A DNA stretch of 64,000 bases from an uncultured Planctomycetaceae bacterium (GCA_963813715.1 CAWFAK010000005.1:640001-704000); one strand, 5' to 3'; numbered from the stretch's first letter, positions 31,101-41,912 are shown. Notes: generated from the letters alone by a model not told the origin. A program made the numbers and translations.

Positions 31101-31838
31101 CGAATACCCCGGTGAGTCGGCCGTGTCGTCACCGTCGTTGATCCGGCGCAGTTCCTGCAAATGGTTGATGTATCGAGCCATTTGTTCGATTTGGACAGTC
31201 GGTTCCAGGCTAAGCCCCTTCTGACCGAACACTGCAAAGCCGGGCATCGGCTGCATGAAGGCCGGAGTGCGGGTGACGTTGTTGAAGGCGTCAAACGTGC
31301 CGGTGAAGTTTCCGTAGGGATTGGACGTCGACGGCGTCGAGGTGCCCGACCCACCGCCGCCTGAGCTGGAAGAGCTCGACGAGCTGCTCGAGCCTTTCGA
31401 CGTGCTCCCGGTCGGCGATCCGCTTGACGCGGCCTGCGCGGTGTACGAGAGCGCGAGGGCATCGGCCGCATAGGCCTGGTCGCTGCGCGAGACCGCTCCC
31501 TGCAGTGTGGGCTGGAAAGTCGTCAGCTGCGTGAGCATCTGAGTCTCGAATTCCTCCCGGTACATCGTGAGGCGAGCCTGGCCCCAAACGGAAGGCTGGT
31601 CGGCGACGATGCTCCCGTCGAGTTCGACGTGCCGGTCGAGCGCGTCGCACTCGCGGGCGAGATCGTGCAGGGTGGGCGGCCCGCAGAATTGCAAATTGTC
31701 GGCGGGTTCGCCTTCCGAGAAACCAATCGGCGAATCGATTAGGCCGATTGGCTCACAGGAGCTCGTCACCAGCGCAGTAACGATCAAAGCAACTACGACG
31801 AGCGACGAGCGTACGCTCCAACGTTGCACAGATTGCAT
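28106..31838 (-). CDS. Large (about 1200 aa) putative lipoprotein with a cadherin/Ig-like adhesin module; several frameshifts
   Basis: Overlapping minus-strand ORFs join into one reading. Signal peptide ending TSSC. LTLKVNNGTLALG...VTGTIDRLNTAVNGLTYKP..AYNGTDTL resembles adhesin Ig-like repeats. Confidence 0.6.
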
Positions 31839-32197
31839 GGCAATCCCATTTCCGGCCAAAGTGCGAAGTGGATTTGAAGGAAGAATGACGTGGTGCAATT
31901 TGGGGAGGCGGATCCGGTGAGATGGGAATGAAACCGGAAGCTGCACGCCCGATTAGTCGTTTATTAGATCGACTGACGGATCTTGGAAAATTAGGATGGT
32001 TCTGCAGGTTTTTCGGGCAGGGGGCGAAATATTGGACAAAGTCGCCGTAGGAAATGCACTGAGATTCGTGCCCAAAAACCCGAGTTTTAAAAGTAGAAAA
32101 GCTGGATAAACTCAAAAAATACGTAGAAAAGGAGGGGCCGCTGGGCTTAAAGTATTTGGGAACTTCTGTTCACCAATTCCACAAGAGACTCGCACCC

Positions 32198-32799
32198 ATG
32201 CGACAACTTCTCGTGCTGTGCGTACTGTTTTCGATGGCCGGCAAAGCCTTTGCTGCCGATAACGCCACTCCTAATACACCGTCGGATTCGACGGCAACAA
32301 ACAAAACACCGAAAGAGAAAGAGAAGGATCTCGTATTCGCTAGCCGTGGCAACCTCCTACACGCTGGCAAAAACGCCTTCCTCGACAACTCCAGCGTTGA
32401 TCGCCCGACTGATCGCGATCGATACCCTCGGAGAGGTCTGGCGCCAATTCGCAGGAGGCCGCGTCACGGCTGCAGCAACTAGTGGCCTTGATCTACACGA
32501 CGGGTGTAAGTCCTGACGACAAATCCATCTTCGCGATACATGTGATCCATGCGCTAGGCAAATGCGGCTGGCGAGGAGCAAGGCATGGTAGGAGATTTGG
32601 CCAACATTGCCGGGGTCGATCCAGCACTGACGCCGATCATCCAGCAAGCCGTCAGCGACATCGGTTAGCTCCAAAGCCCCGACTCCGACCCAAGCCCGCT
32701 CAGAACCAGCAACAGCAGCCACCAGACCCCAAGGTGATCGCTGTCCAAACTCAGTTGAAGGCCGTGCAGCAGGCGTTGACGCGCTTAGTAAGGCAGTGA
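32198..32799 (+). CDS. Hypothetical secreted protein (frameshifted)
   Basis: Signal peptide ending AFA; coiled-coil-like C-terminus in another frame. Confidence 0.45.
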
Positions 32800-33479
32800 G
32801 CGGACTTCAGACTGCAGTTGGCCAACTCCCGGGAGCGCAGCAGCCGGCGATGCCATAGTCTCGACGCGCGATTCGCTTAGCAGTGGCGCGGGGGTCAAGC
32901 CACCTTTGGTGACCACTAGTTGCGTCCGGTGGGCAAGCGTACGTCATCCGACTGCGGCGCCGGACAGTACGTCAATCGCCCCGGACGCGACATCGTAATT
33001 GCGCCGACGAGCAATATCCGATCTTGGGCAACCAGCGCGCTCAGCGTCTGGCTCTGCTACGCGAGCGATATGACTGTGTGAAGGACGATGGCGGCGGCGA
33101 CGTTGTCGACGCTCTCTCGCTGCGGAAGTGCCGCCTCCTCAGAGGCCTGAAGAGGGGCTCGGTTTGCGTGCTTGCCCACCCAAAAATCTTTCCGAGTAGT
33201 TTCCACGCGCGAAGAAACTTGGGGTTCGTGGTAGCCGCTGTTGCCGATACGCTGGAGGTAGGGGGCGTGCTGCGACGCTGGTATGCGCCGGGGAACTCTT
33301 CGTTACCGGGAGCGGGTCGTGCTTGGTCCACACCGAGCGGCCGGCGGTCAATGTGTGGCCGGTGGGTCGGGTCACATTGTTTCAATAGGTACTTGCCCCA
33401 CCTTGTCACCTGCTCACCGCTCATTCCTCTGTTCGGCTCCGAGGCAGAGCCAGTCGGTATTTGTCCGGAGCGGAAAGAT

Positions 33480-33880
33480 GCTCGGCGACGACGAAAGTTT
33501 CGTCCCCGGCGGGGTGGGGATCCTTTTTTCGGTAGAGGGGAAGAATCCCCGGCGCCTCCGGCAGACGATTCGGGACGGGGCACGGCGGCGGGACGGGACA
33601 CGTTGTTTCATCGAGAAAAGCGCGGCGAAATAGACCTTCCACCCGGGTCCCGAGAGCGGCTGAAAGTGCGGGACACATTGCTTTGCGTCCACGGTCCCGC
33701 GTCCAAAGTCGCAGGGAGCACGAGGGAATCGTGCTGGCGGTGGGACGGGGCATATCCTCTTGCTTGGTAGTGGATCCACCAGGACGGTGACCCAGCGCCG
33801 GGACGGAACGCAAGGAGCTGCTCCCTCCGAATCCAAAGCGGACTGGCGAGGGAAGGAACGGGACGGGACGCGGGACTGGT
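33480..33880 (+). repeat. CGGGACGGGAC motif cluster, third locus
   Basis: TTCGTCCCCGGCGGGGTGGGGA, CGATTCGGGACGGG and GCGGGACGGGACACGTTGTTTCATCGAG are shared with the 1.2-3.4 kb cluster. Confidence 0.8.
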
Positions 33881-33899
33881 TAGCGGTCGCCGGGCCGCA

Positions 33900-36152
33900 T
33901 CAGTGCCTTTCGGACACGACGTCGATGGCGCCAGACGCCACGTCGTATATCGCGCCGACGATGAGAATGCGTCCCTCTTTCACCAGGGCGCTGATCGTTT
34001 GGCTCTGCTGAGTGATCATCTCCACCGTTCGCAGGACGTTGGCGCGGGCCACGCTGTCGACGAGCGCGTTCTGTTCTGGCTGCGGGAGCCGGTCGTAGTT
34101 GCGAGTTTCGCCCGCTGCGATGGCATGTTGAATGTCGCGGAGAATCGGCTCGATGTGCTGGCAGCCGGTGACCTGGTCGAGCGGTTCCGTCAGTCCGGCC
34201 GTTTTGACGGCCGTAGTCACCGCTCCGCAGCGAGTATGGCCCAGGACGAGAATGAGTTTGGCTCCAGCGACGGCGCAGGCGTACTCCATGCTGCCCAGCA
34301 CATGCTGGCTGGCGACGTTGCCGGCGATGCGCACGCTGAAGATGTCCCCCAGGCCCATGTCGAAGATCAATTCCGCGGGACTGCGCGAGTCGATGCAGCT
34401 TAAGACCACGGCGAGCGGATGCTGCCCGGCAGCCGTCGCCCGCACCTGGCCGACCAGGTCGCGAGTGAGCCGTTTGCCGCTGCGGAAACGCTCGTTGCCT
34501 TGCTTGAGGATCTCGAGCACCTGTTGCGGGTTGACCTTGCTCTGTAGCTCGCGCGTCGAGTAGTCGACGTACTGCACCTGGTCCTCAATCTGATACTGCT
34601 CGCGGAAGCCGAGGACGCTGACTTCCACGCCGCGGGCCGGGGCCGTCTTTTCACGGAAGTCGCGGATCAGGTCGAGGATGTCGGGATCGATGTAATCGGT
34701 GTCGACCGCGTCCAACAGCACATGGCCGCCCGCGGGCACCTCGTCAAAGAGCTTGGAGAGCGCGGCCCGGTTCAAAAAGCTGACCTGGTTGGCAAGTGCA
34801 ATGTGCAGCACTTCCCCGCCGAGGTGCTTTTCCTCGAAACGGCGGATCGGTTGGCGGAGGTTGCTCATCAGAATGAATGTGAGGCTCACGGCCAGACCGA
34901 TGAGGACGCCGGTGAGCAGATCTGTGAAGACGATCGCCAGCACCGTCAGCGCGAAGGGCAGGAACTGGTAACGCCCCTCGCTCCACATTTGTTTGAAGAG
35001 CGACGGCCGGGCCAGCTTGGTTCCCGTCATCAGCAGGATGGCAGCCAGGCACGAAAGGGGAATCGCGTTGAGCCAGGTCGGGATTAGAACGACGCAACCC
35101 AAGAGCAGCAGGCCATGGACAATCGTCGCCACTTTCGTCTTGCTGCCCGAGTTGACGTTCACCGAGCTGCGGACGATCGCCGAGCTGATGGGCAGTCCGC
35201 CGATGAGCCCGCAGGCGACATTGCCGATCCCCTGTACCCAGAGTTCGCGGCTGGAGGGGGAGCTGCGTTGGTGCGGATCGATCTTGTCGACGGCCTCGAG
35301 ATTCAGCAGCGTTTCGAGCGAGGCGACGGCGGCGATGGTCAGGCCGGCCATGTAGACCGCCGGATTATTCAATTGCGAGAAATCGGGTGATCGGAGGAAT
35401 CCGAAAAACTCGGTCGCACTGCGGGCCACCGGGACTTGCACGAGGTGTTTGAGGTTAACGGCCCACGGTTCGCCCATCCGCGTAAGCAGCAGGTTTCCGC
35501 CGGCGCCGAATAGCACCACGACCAACGGTGCTGGAATCGGCAGTTTCTTGAGGATGCTCAACCGCTCCCAGAGAACGAGAATTGTCAGCGACACGATACC
35601 GATCAATCCCGCGCCCCGATGAAATCGGAACAGCGAGATCCACAGATCGGAAAACGTGTTCTGGCCGTCGGCCGACTGGTAAAAGGCCATGTCCCCTTCG
35701 GGGTCTGCATCCCATCCCAACAGGTGCGGTGTCTGCTTGAGAATCAGGAGCAAACCGATGGCCGCCAACAGGCCCTTAATCACGCTCGAGGGAAAGAAGG
35801 CGGCGACGAAACCGGCCCGAGCGACGCCGAGCGCGATCTGAATCAGCCCCGCGACCACGATCGCCAGCAAGAAAGCGTCAAACGAGCCGACGGCGACGAG
35901 TTGTACCACGACGATGGCCGTCAGCCCGGGCGAGGGGCCGCTCACGCTCGTGTGCGACCCGCTGAGCACGCCGACCACCATGCCGCCAACAATGCCCGCG
36001 AGTAACCCCGCGAAGTAGGGGGCATTCGAGGCGGATGCCACTCCCAAACACAGCGGCAAGGCCGCAAGGAAGACGACCAACCCGGCGACAAGATCGTTTT
36101 TGAGCGTGTCGGCGGAGAGGGGCTTGAGAGACGGACGCTGCACTTGAGACAT
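33900..36152 (-). CDS. SulP/SLC26 anion transporter fused to beta-carbonic anhydrase
   Basis: DLVAGLVVFLAALPLCLG, SVSGP, IVRSSVN; C-terminal CIDSR, RIAGN, LGHTRCGA. Confidence 0.93.
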   Translation of the reverse strand: MSQVQRPSLKPLSADTLKNDLVAGLVVFLAALPLCLGVASASNAPYFAGLLAGIVGGMVVGVLSGSHTSVSGPSPGLTAIVVVQLVAVGSFDAFLLAIVVAGLIQIALGVARAGFVAAFFPSSVIKGLLAAIGLLLILKQTPHLLGWDADPEGDMAFYQSADGQNTFSDLWISLFRFHRGAGLIGIVSLTILVLWERLSILKKLPIPAPLVVVLFGAGGNLLLTRMGEPWAVNLKHLVQVPVARSATEFFGFLRSPDFSQLNNPAVYMAGLTIAAVASLETLLNLEAVDKIDPHQRSSPSSRELWVQGIGNVACGLIGGLPISSAIVRSSVNVNSGSKTKVATIVHGLLLLGCVVLIPTWLNAIPLSCLAAILLMTGTKLARPSLFKQMWSEGRYQFLPFALTVLAIVFTDLLTGVLIGLAVSLTFILMSNLRQPIRRFEEKHLGGEVLHIALANQVSFLNRAALSKLFDEVPAGGHVLLDAVDTDYIDPDILDLIRDFREKTAPARGVEVSVLGFREQYQIEDQVQYVDYSTRELQSKVNPQQVLEILKQGNERFRSGKRLTRDLVGQVRATAAGQHPLAVVLSCIDSRSPAELIFDMGLGDIFSVRIAGNVASQHVLGSMEYACAVAGAKLILVLGHTRCGAVTTAVKTAGLTEPLDQVTGCQHIEPILRDIQHAIAAGETRNYDRLPQPEQNALVDSVARANVLRTVEMITQQSQTISALVKEGRILIVGAIYDVASGAIDVVSERH

Positions 36153-36339
36153 GGAATTGAAGTTCTTCAGAAGGCGTCGTCGGCCGGCGTTGTCCCTTTG
36201 GTTTGCCCGCCCGTCCGAGAGCAACCGATCGTATCGCCGCGTCCCGCGGTTGCCAACGACGTCGCCGCAGTCGTTCGCCGAGCGGGCGCGCCGATTTACC
36301 CTGCCGGTGGCGCCGGCTACGATTACCGCGGGAGGCCGG

Positions 36340-37573
36340 ATGACCCTTGATGCCTGTTCGACGTCGGAGCCGCGGCGCGACGCCAAATCGCTGGTGATAC
36401 TTCCCTCAATCGGAGCCGTGCCGCACGCCGACGGGCAGATCACCATCACGCGCAAATTTCTCGACGGCGTCGCCGAGATGGCGCGGCACTGGCCGGGTCC
36501 CGTCGAGGTGATTCTGCCGCCGCTCGAGGCGGCGACCGACAATCTCGATTCGATTCGGATCGACCCCCGCGAACGCGGCATCTCGATCAAGGTCATTCCG
36601 TTCGAAGACAACCTGCGGATGACCCGAGAACTTGAGGGCGCCGGGATCGCGCTGGCCTCCGTTTATTACAAGCTCAACAACGCGGCCGTGTGGTGCGGGA
36701 AAGTTCACGTCCCCTGCGTCTACGTCGCCGAGTACACGTTGAAGACCCGGCTGCAGATTCTCGATACCGAAGTCTCCAATCCTCTGGTCCGCGCGCGGCG
36801 ACGGCTCTGGGAATATGGTCAGGAGCGTCGGATCAAGGCGGCTCTCCGCATCTCGGCCGGCGTGCAATGCAACGGCACTCCCACCCATGACGCTTATCAG
36901 CCGATCTGTCCCAGCTCGCTCTTGTTCTTTGACGGTCGCGTCGAGCGGAGCTTGCTGATCTCGCCCGATGCGCTCGAACGACGGCTCGAAGCTCTGCGCC
37001 GGTCGTCCGCTACGGTTGGCCTTCTCCGGTCGCCTGATCCGAATGAAAGGCGCGGACCATCTGCCGCTCGTCGCCCAAGAACTCAAGCGGCGGCGAGTGC
37101 CGTTCGAGCTGACCATCTGCGGCGACGGCGTTCTTGCGGACAGTCTGCGGCAGCAGATCCGTTCGCTGGGGCTGGAAGACTGCGTGCGGATGACCGGCGT
37201 GCTCGACTTCGCCCGCGAGCTCGTCCCCTTCGTGAAAGAAAAGGTCGACGCCTTTGTCTGTTGCCACCGGCAAGGCGACCCCTCGTGCACGTATATCGAA
37301 ACGATGTCCTGTGGCGTGCCCATCATCGGTTATGCCAACGAGGCTCTCGACGGCATCTTGCGGCGAACGCCCGTGGGCAGTGGTGTGCCCATCGATGACG
37401 TCTCGGCGCTGGCCGATGCCATTGCCCGTTTGCATGCCGATCGCGAATCGCTGGCCGCAATGTCGCGCCGCGCCCTCGATTTCGCAGCGGACAACACGTT
37501 CGAGGAGACCTTTCGCAAGCGGATCGAGCACCTGCAAGGGCTCGCGCACGAGCGAAGCCAAGACCAGGGCTGA
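36340..37573 (+). CDS. GT4-family glycosyltransferase (frameshift near 37005)
   Basis: FSGRLIRMKG, ICGDG, IETMSCGVPII; GGAGG RBS. Confidence 0.85.
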
Positions 37574-37867
37574 GACTCTCCACTTCTGCGAGTCGGGCCA
37601 CTTCTGCAAGTCGGGATGAGCGGGCGGCGTCGAAACGGCGGCACCGGCCTGAAGGCGTTCCAAAAGCGAGGGACTCGGGTTTTCCAGTTCGCCCGTCGCG
37701 GTCTCCAAAGCTAGGCAGAGCGTTTGCCATTCGTTGACGGCGAGGCGACAGGCCTCGCAGGTCGCGAGATGCTGGTCGAAGGCCAACCGCAGCTCCGCGG
37801 GCAACTCGCCCGCCAGGTAATCGTCGAGTGAGTCACAAAGAACAAAATCGTCGGTCAGCTCATTCAT
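37540..37867 (-). CDS. Zinc-finger (ZAS) anti-sigma factor, apparently truncated (3' boundary uncertain)
   Basis: C...LDDYLAGEL...HLATCEAC; overlaps the ECF sigma stop; frame runs on antisense to the GT gene. Confidence 0.7.
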
Positions 37868-38400
37868 TGCTGCTTGTCGTTCCCGATCGGAGGGCGGAGT
37901 TGATCGCCGTCTTTTCCGTTTGCTCGCGCAGTCGTTTGCGGGCCAGGCTGAGATTGACCTTCACCGCGTTCGTGTTGATTCCCAAAACATCGGCCACCTC
38001 ACTCGCCGAAAGCCCTTCGACCGCGACCAGGTACAGGACGGTGCGTTGTTGCACGGGCAGGCCGTTGAGCAGGCTGAGGGTCCGCTCAAGGCTCTCACGC
38101 AATTCGCTGCACTGCTCGGGCGTCGGCTCCCGATCGGGAGCGTCTTTCGGTAGAGGCGACCACAAGGCGCTCCGGACCCGGCTTTGCCGCAGCTCGTCCT
38201 TCCAAATATTGGCGGCGATGTGAAACAGCCAGACCCGCTCGGCCCGCGTGTCCTTAAGTTGCGAGCGGCTCTTCCAGGCACGCAGAAATGTCTCCTGAGT
38301 CAGAATCCTCCGCGCGATGGCGATCTCCCGTGAGCCGCAGGCGCGAGGCGGTACACGTGCGGGAGATGCTCGGCCAGCCCTTCGCGCACCGATCACCTGA
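37860..38400 (-). CDS. ECF sigma-70 factor (5' part frameshifted)
   Basis: LTQETFLRAW, WLFHIAAN, LP..QRTV.YL..VEGLS..EVADVLG...VKVNLSLARKRLR. Confidence 0.85.
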
Positions 38401-38624
38401 CAGCGGCTGAGGGATGAGTGGAGTCGATCGCGGCGAATCGCGGAACTCGGCGGCACCAAGGCTGATCGCAGTCTAACTAAGAAGACGAGCCCGAGGCGAA
38501 AAGGTTAAAGAGAAAACCTCGCAGATTGGTGACTTGCACGCGGCTCGTATGCTCTGGGGCCGACCGGACGCAATAATGTGGGCCGGCGGCGAACCGGAGT
38601 TGCCACGATTCAGGCGAAGGTCCT

Positions 38625-39986
38625 ATGAAAACCATCATCGAACCGTTTCGGATCAAAGTCGTCGAGCCCTTGCGCTTCCGAACTCGCGAAGAGCGAGAGG
38701 CGATCGTGCGCCAGGCCGGCTTCAACATGTTCTTGATTCCGGCCGAAGACGTGCTGATCGACTTGCTCACCGACAGCGGCACGGGGGCGATGAGCAGCCT
38801 GCAGTGGGCAGGCGTGATGGCGGGGGACGAGAGCTACGCCGGCTCGCCCAGTTTCTTCCGCTTCGAGAAATCGCTCCGCGAGATCACCGGCTTCGAGCAC
38901 ATCCTGCCGACGCATCAGGGGCGAGCCAGCGAGCGAATTCTCTTCGAGCTGTTGGGAGGAGCGGGACGGGTCGTCCCCAACAACGCCCATTTCGACACGA
39001 CCCGGGCCAATATCGAGCATTCGGGGGCCGAGGCGATCGACCTGCCGATTGCCGAGGCGCGGCAGCCGCGCCTGCGTCAGCCGTTCAAGGGGAACATGGA
39101 TGTCGCCGCGCTCGAAGCGCTCATCGAGCGGGTCGGCCCGACGAATGTGCCCGTCGTGATGTGCACCGTCACCAGCAACAACTTCGGCGGCCAGCCGGTC
39201 AGCCTGGAAAACCTGCGGGCGATCCGCAAAGTCTGCGACCGCTTTCGTCTGCCGCTTTTTCTTGGACGCCTGCCGGTTTGCCGAGAATGCCTGGTTCATC
39301 AAACAGCGGGAGAGCGGTCAGCAGCGATCGGCCCGTGCCCGGCGATCGTGCGCGACATGTTCGACCTGGCCGACGGAGCCACCATCAGCGCCAAGAAAGA
39401 CGGCCTGGTCAACATCGGCGGCGTGCTGCTCCTGCGCGACGAGGCCCTCTTCCAGCGGGCCAGCAACCTGCTGATCCTCACCGAGGGGTATGTCACGTAC
39501 GGCGGCCTTTCCGGTCGCGACCTGGAAGCGATGGCTCAAGGCTTTCGCGAAGTGCTCGACGAAGACTATCTCCGCTATCGCATCCGCAGTGCCGAGTATG
39601 TTGGCGAGAGACTGCTGGCCGGCGGCATTCAAATCATCGAACCGCCGGGGGGACACGCCATCTACATCGACGCGACGGCCTTCTGTCCGCACATCCCGGC
39701 CGAGCAATTCCCCGGGCAGGCACTGGTCGTCGGCCTCTACCGCCACGCCGGTATTCGCGGAGTGGAGATCGGCTCGGTGATGTTCGGCGGAGGCGGCCAC
39801 GAACGGCCGGCGCTCGAACTGGTGCGGCTCGCCTTTCCCCGCCGCGTCTACACGCAATCGCACATGGACTACGTGGTCGAGGCGACGATCGAACTCTTTC
39901 GCGAACGCGACAAACTCCGCGGACTGAGGATCCTGTCCGAGCCACCCGCGCTGCGTCACTTCACGGCCCAGTTCGAGGAGATCTAG
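38625..39986 (+). CDS. tnaA: Tryptophanase (PLP beta-eliminating lyase); compensating frameshifts about 39260-39335
   Basis: EPFRIKVVE, IDLLTDSGT, PTHQGR, SAKKDG PLP lysine. VEIG and LRHFTA are tryptophanase-type (tyrosine phenol-lyase has ERG / LRFFTA). Confidence 0.85.
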   Translation: MKTIIEPFRIKVVEPLRFRTREEREAIVRQAGFNMFLIPAEDVLIDLLTDSGTGAMSSLQWAGVMAGDESYAGSPSFFRFEKSLREITGFEHILPTHQGRASERILFELLGGAGRVVPNNAHFDTTRANIEHSGAEAIDLPIAEARQPRLRQPFKGNMDVAALEALIERVGPTNVPVVMCTVTSNNFGGQPVSLENLRAIRKVCDRFRLPLFLGRLPVCRECLVHQTAGERSAAIGPCPAIVRDMFDLADGATISAKKDGLVNIGGVLLLRDEALFQRASNLLILTEGYVTYGGLSGRDLEAMAQGFREVLDEDYLRYRIRSAEYVGERLLAGGIQIIEPPGGHAIYIDATAFCPHIPAEQFPGQALVVGLYRHAGIRGVEIGSVMFGGGGHERPALELVRLAFPRRVYTQSHMDYVVEATIELFRERDKLRGLRILSEPPALRHFTAQFEEI

Positions 39987-40021
39987 CGAGTCCAGCCGCG
40001 GTTCGAGAGGGCGAGGTGCCG

Positions 40022-41029
40022 ATGTCTCACTTCATCTGCGTCACGTGCGGGACTCAGTTTGCCGCCAGCGATCGGCCGCCGGACAAGTGCGAAATCTGCC
40101 AGGACGAGCGGCAATATGTCGGTTGGAGCGGCCAACAGTGGACCACGCTCGAGCAACTCCGCGAGTCTCACCGCAGCGTCCTGCGGCTCGAAGAACTGGG
40201 TCTCTACGGCATTGGCATGGAGCCGTCTTTCGCCATTGGCCAGCGAGCCTTGTTGGTCACGAGTCCGCACGGCAACGTGCTCTGGGACTGTATCCCGCTC
40301 CTTGATCCGGCTCTGCTCGAAATGATCCGCGGCATCGGCGGGCTGGCGGCCATTGCTATCAGCCATCCGCATTATTACGCCAGCATGGTCGAGTGGAGTC
40401 GCGCCTTTGATTGCCCGATCTTCCTGCATGCTGCCGACCGGCAATGGGTCATGCGGCCGGATGCGGCCGTCACGTTTTGGGAAGGCGAGACGAAGACCAT
40501 CGGAGCCGGCCTGACGTTGATTCATTGCGGCGGCCATTTCGACGGCGGCACGGTCCTCTATTGGCCGAGCGGGGCGGACGGAAGAGGCGCCCTCTTGAGC
40601 GGCGACATTCTTCAAGTGGTGCAGGATCGCCGTTGGATCAGCTTCATGTATTCGTATCCCAACCTGATCCCGCTCTCCGCGCCGGCCATCCGCCGGATCG
40701 TCGCGGCGGTCGAACCGTTTCATTTCGAACGGATCTACGGTGCGTGGTGGGGGAAAGTCATCGCAAAGGACGCAAAGGAGACGGTGCGACGCTCCGCCGA
40801 GCGATACATCAAGGCGATCTGCATCCGGAGACGACGGTTGACAAGGCAACATGAATTGCAGAGCGAACGCAGCCGAATCGGAAGCACGGAGAAGCGGCCC
40901 TGGAAACAAGAAAGCCACAAGCTCCACGTGATGAGGAACTTGCGGCTTATCTGGAGCGAGGCCTGGGAAGACCTTGGGAACGAGAAGCAAAGTGAGAGAT
41001 CCCGGTATGGCCGAGAGCCCGCTGCGTAA
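40022..41029 (+). CDS. MBL-fold metallo-hydrolase with N-terminal Cys motif (conserved part ends about 40820)
   Basis: CVTCG...CEICQDERQY, SHPHYY, GGHF.G, LSGD. Confidence 0.85.
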   Translation: MSHFICVTCGTQFAASDRPPDKCEICQDERQYVGWSGQQWTTLEQLRESHRSVLRLEELGLYGIGMEPSFAIGQRALLVTSPHGNVLWDCIPLLDPALLEMIRGIGGLAAIAISHPHYYASMVEWSRAFDCPIFLHAADRQWVMRPDAAVTFWEGETKTIGAGLTLIHCGGHFDGGTVLYWPSGADGRGALLSGDILQVVQDRRWISFMYSYPNLIPLSAPAIRRIVAAVEPFHFERIYGAWWGKVIAKDAKETVRRSAERYIKAICIRRRRLTRQHELQSERSRIGSTEKRPWKQESHKLHVMRNLRLIWSEAWEDLGNEKQSERSRYGREPAA

Positions 41030-41522
41030 CTTTGCAATTCGACCGGCGGGGCCGGCGGATGTGCCGGTCATTCTGTCGCTGATTCGAGACTTAGCCGAAT
41101 ACGAGCGGCTTTCGCATGAGGTGGAGGCGACCGAAGAGTGTCTAGGGCGTAATCTGTTTGGAGAGCGGCAGTACGCGGAAGCGCTGATCGGCGAACTGAG
41201 GGGAGAGCCGGTCGCCTTTGCGGTCTACTTTCACAACTTTTCGACATTCCTGGGCAAGCCTGGGCTCTATCTGGAAGACTTGTTCGTCAAACCCAACGCG
41301 CGCGGGTTGGGGATCGGCGGAGCGATCCTGCGGCGCCTCGCACGAATCGCGGTCGAGCGTGATTGTGGTCGACTAGAATGGTCGGTGCTGGATTGGAACA
41401 AGCCTGCAATCGCGTTTTACGAATCGCTGGGTGCAATTCCGATGGGCGATTGGACGATTCATCGAGTGACCGGGAATGCTTTGCGATCTTTGGCAGAGTC
41501 GGAGGGGAAGAGGTCGCAATAG
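41007..41522 (+). CDS. GNAT N-acetyltransferase (SSAT-like)
   Basis: IRDLAEYE, LYLEDLFV, RGLGIG, WSVLDWN..AIAFYESLGA. Confidence 0.9.
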   Translation: MAESPLRNFAIRPAGPADVPVILSLIRDLAEYERLSHEVEATEECLGRNLFGERQYAEALIGELRGEPVAFAVYFHNFSTFLGKPGLYLEDLFVKPNARGLGIGGAILRRLARIAVERDCGRLEWSVLDWNKPAIAFYESLGAIPMGDWTIHRVTGNALRSLAESEGKRSQ

Positions 41523-41800
41523 GAAGGATCCCGACATGGAGGCACGGACTCGTGATGATCGACACTCTGCCGCCTCTTACCTGTTGGGCGGCGTGGACAA
41601 CTCACGAGAACGACTTGGCGCATTGGAACAAACTCGTCAACGTGCCGAGCCGGCCGAGGTCGTCGGCGTCCCCTCAACGAGGGTCCAATTCACAGCCCTT
41701 CGATCGTCGCAACCGATTGCAATACACCGCAATGCCACCCGCGTGATGTCCCCAAATTGTCCCCAAATCAAATCAGACCGTACTCCGACTCGAAAACGAA

Positions 41801-41831
41801 AATAGCCGCAAACCCTATGATTTGCGGCTAT
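41801..41831 (-). terminator. Hairpin terminator downstream of tRNA-Asp
   Basis: ATAGCCGCAAA-loop-TTTGCGGCTAT followed by a T-tract on the minus strand. Confidence 0.65.
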
Positions 41832-41838
41832 CTCTGAG

Positions 41839-41912
41839 CGAGGCCGACGGGATTCGAACCCGCAACCCCCGGATCGACAGTCCGGTGCGCTAACCAATTG
41901 CGCCACGGCCCC
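41839..41912 (-). tRNA. tRNA-Asp(GTC), CCA not encoded
   Basis: GGGGCCG/CGGCCTC acceptor stem, CCGGA-CTGTCGA-TCCGG anticodon arm, GGTTCGAATCC. Confidence 0.97.

Noticed and set aside
33041..33424. Possible minus-strand gene next to the third motif cluster
   Set aside because: No recognisable domain and no properly spaced RBS; cannot be supported.
36153..36611. N-terminal extension of the SulP-CA ORF
   Set aside because: It overlaps the divergent GT gene and has no SulP similarity; the ATG at 36152 fits the family.
38534..41029. 831-aa ORF as a fusion protein
   Set aside because: The first ~495 aa are an off-frame shadow of tnaA; the real MBL gene starts at 40022.
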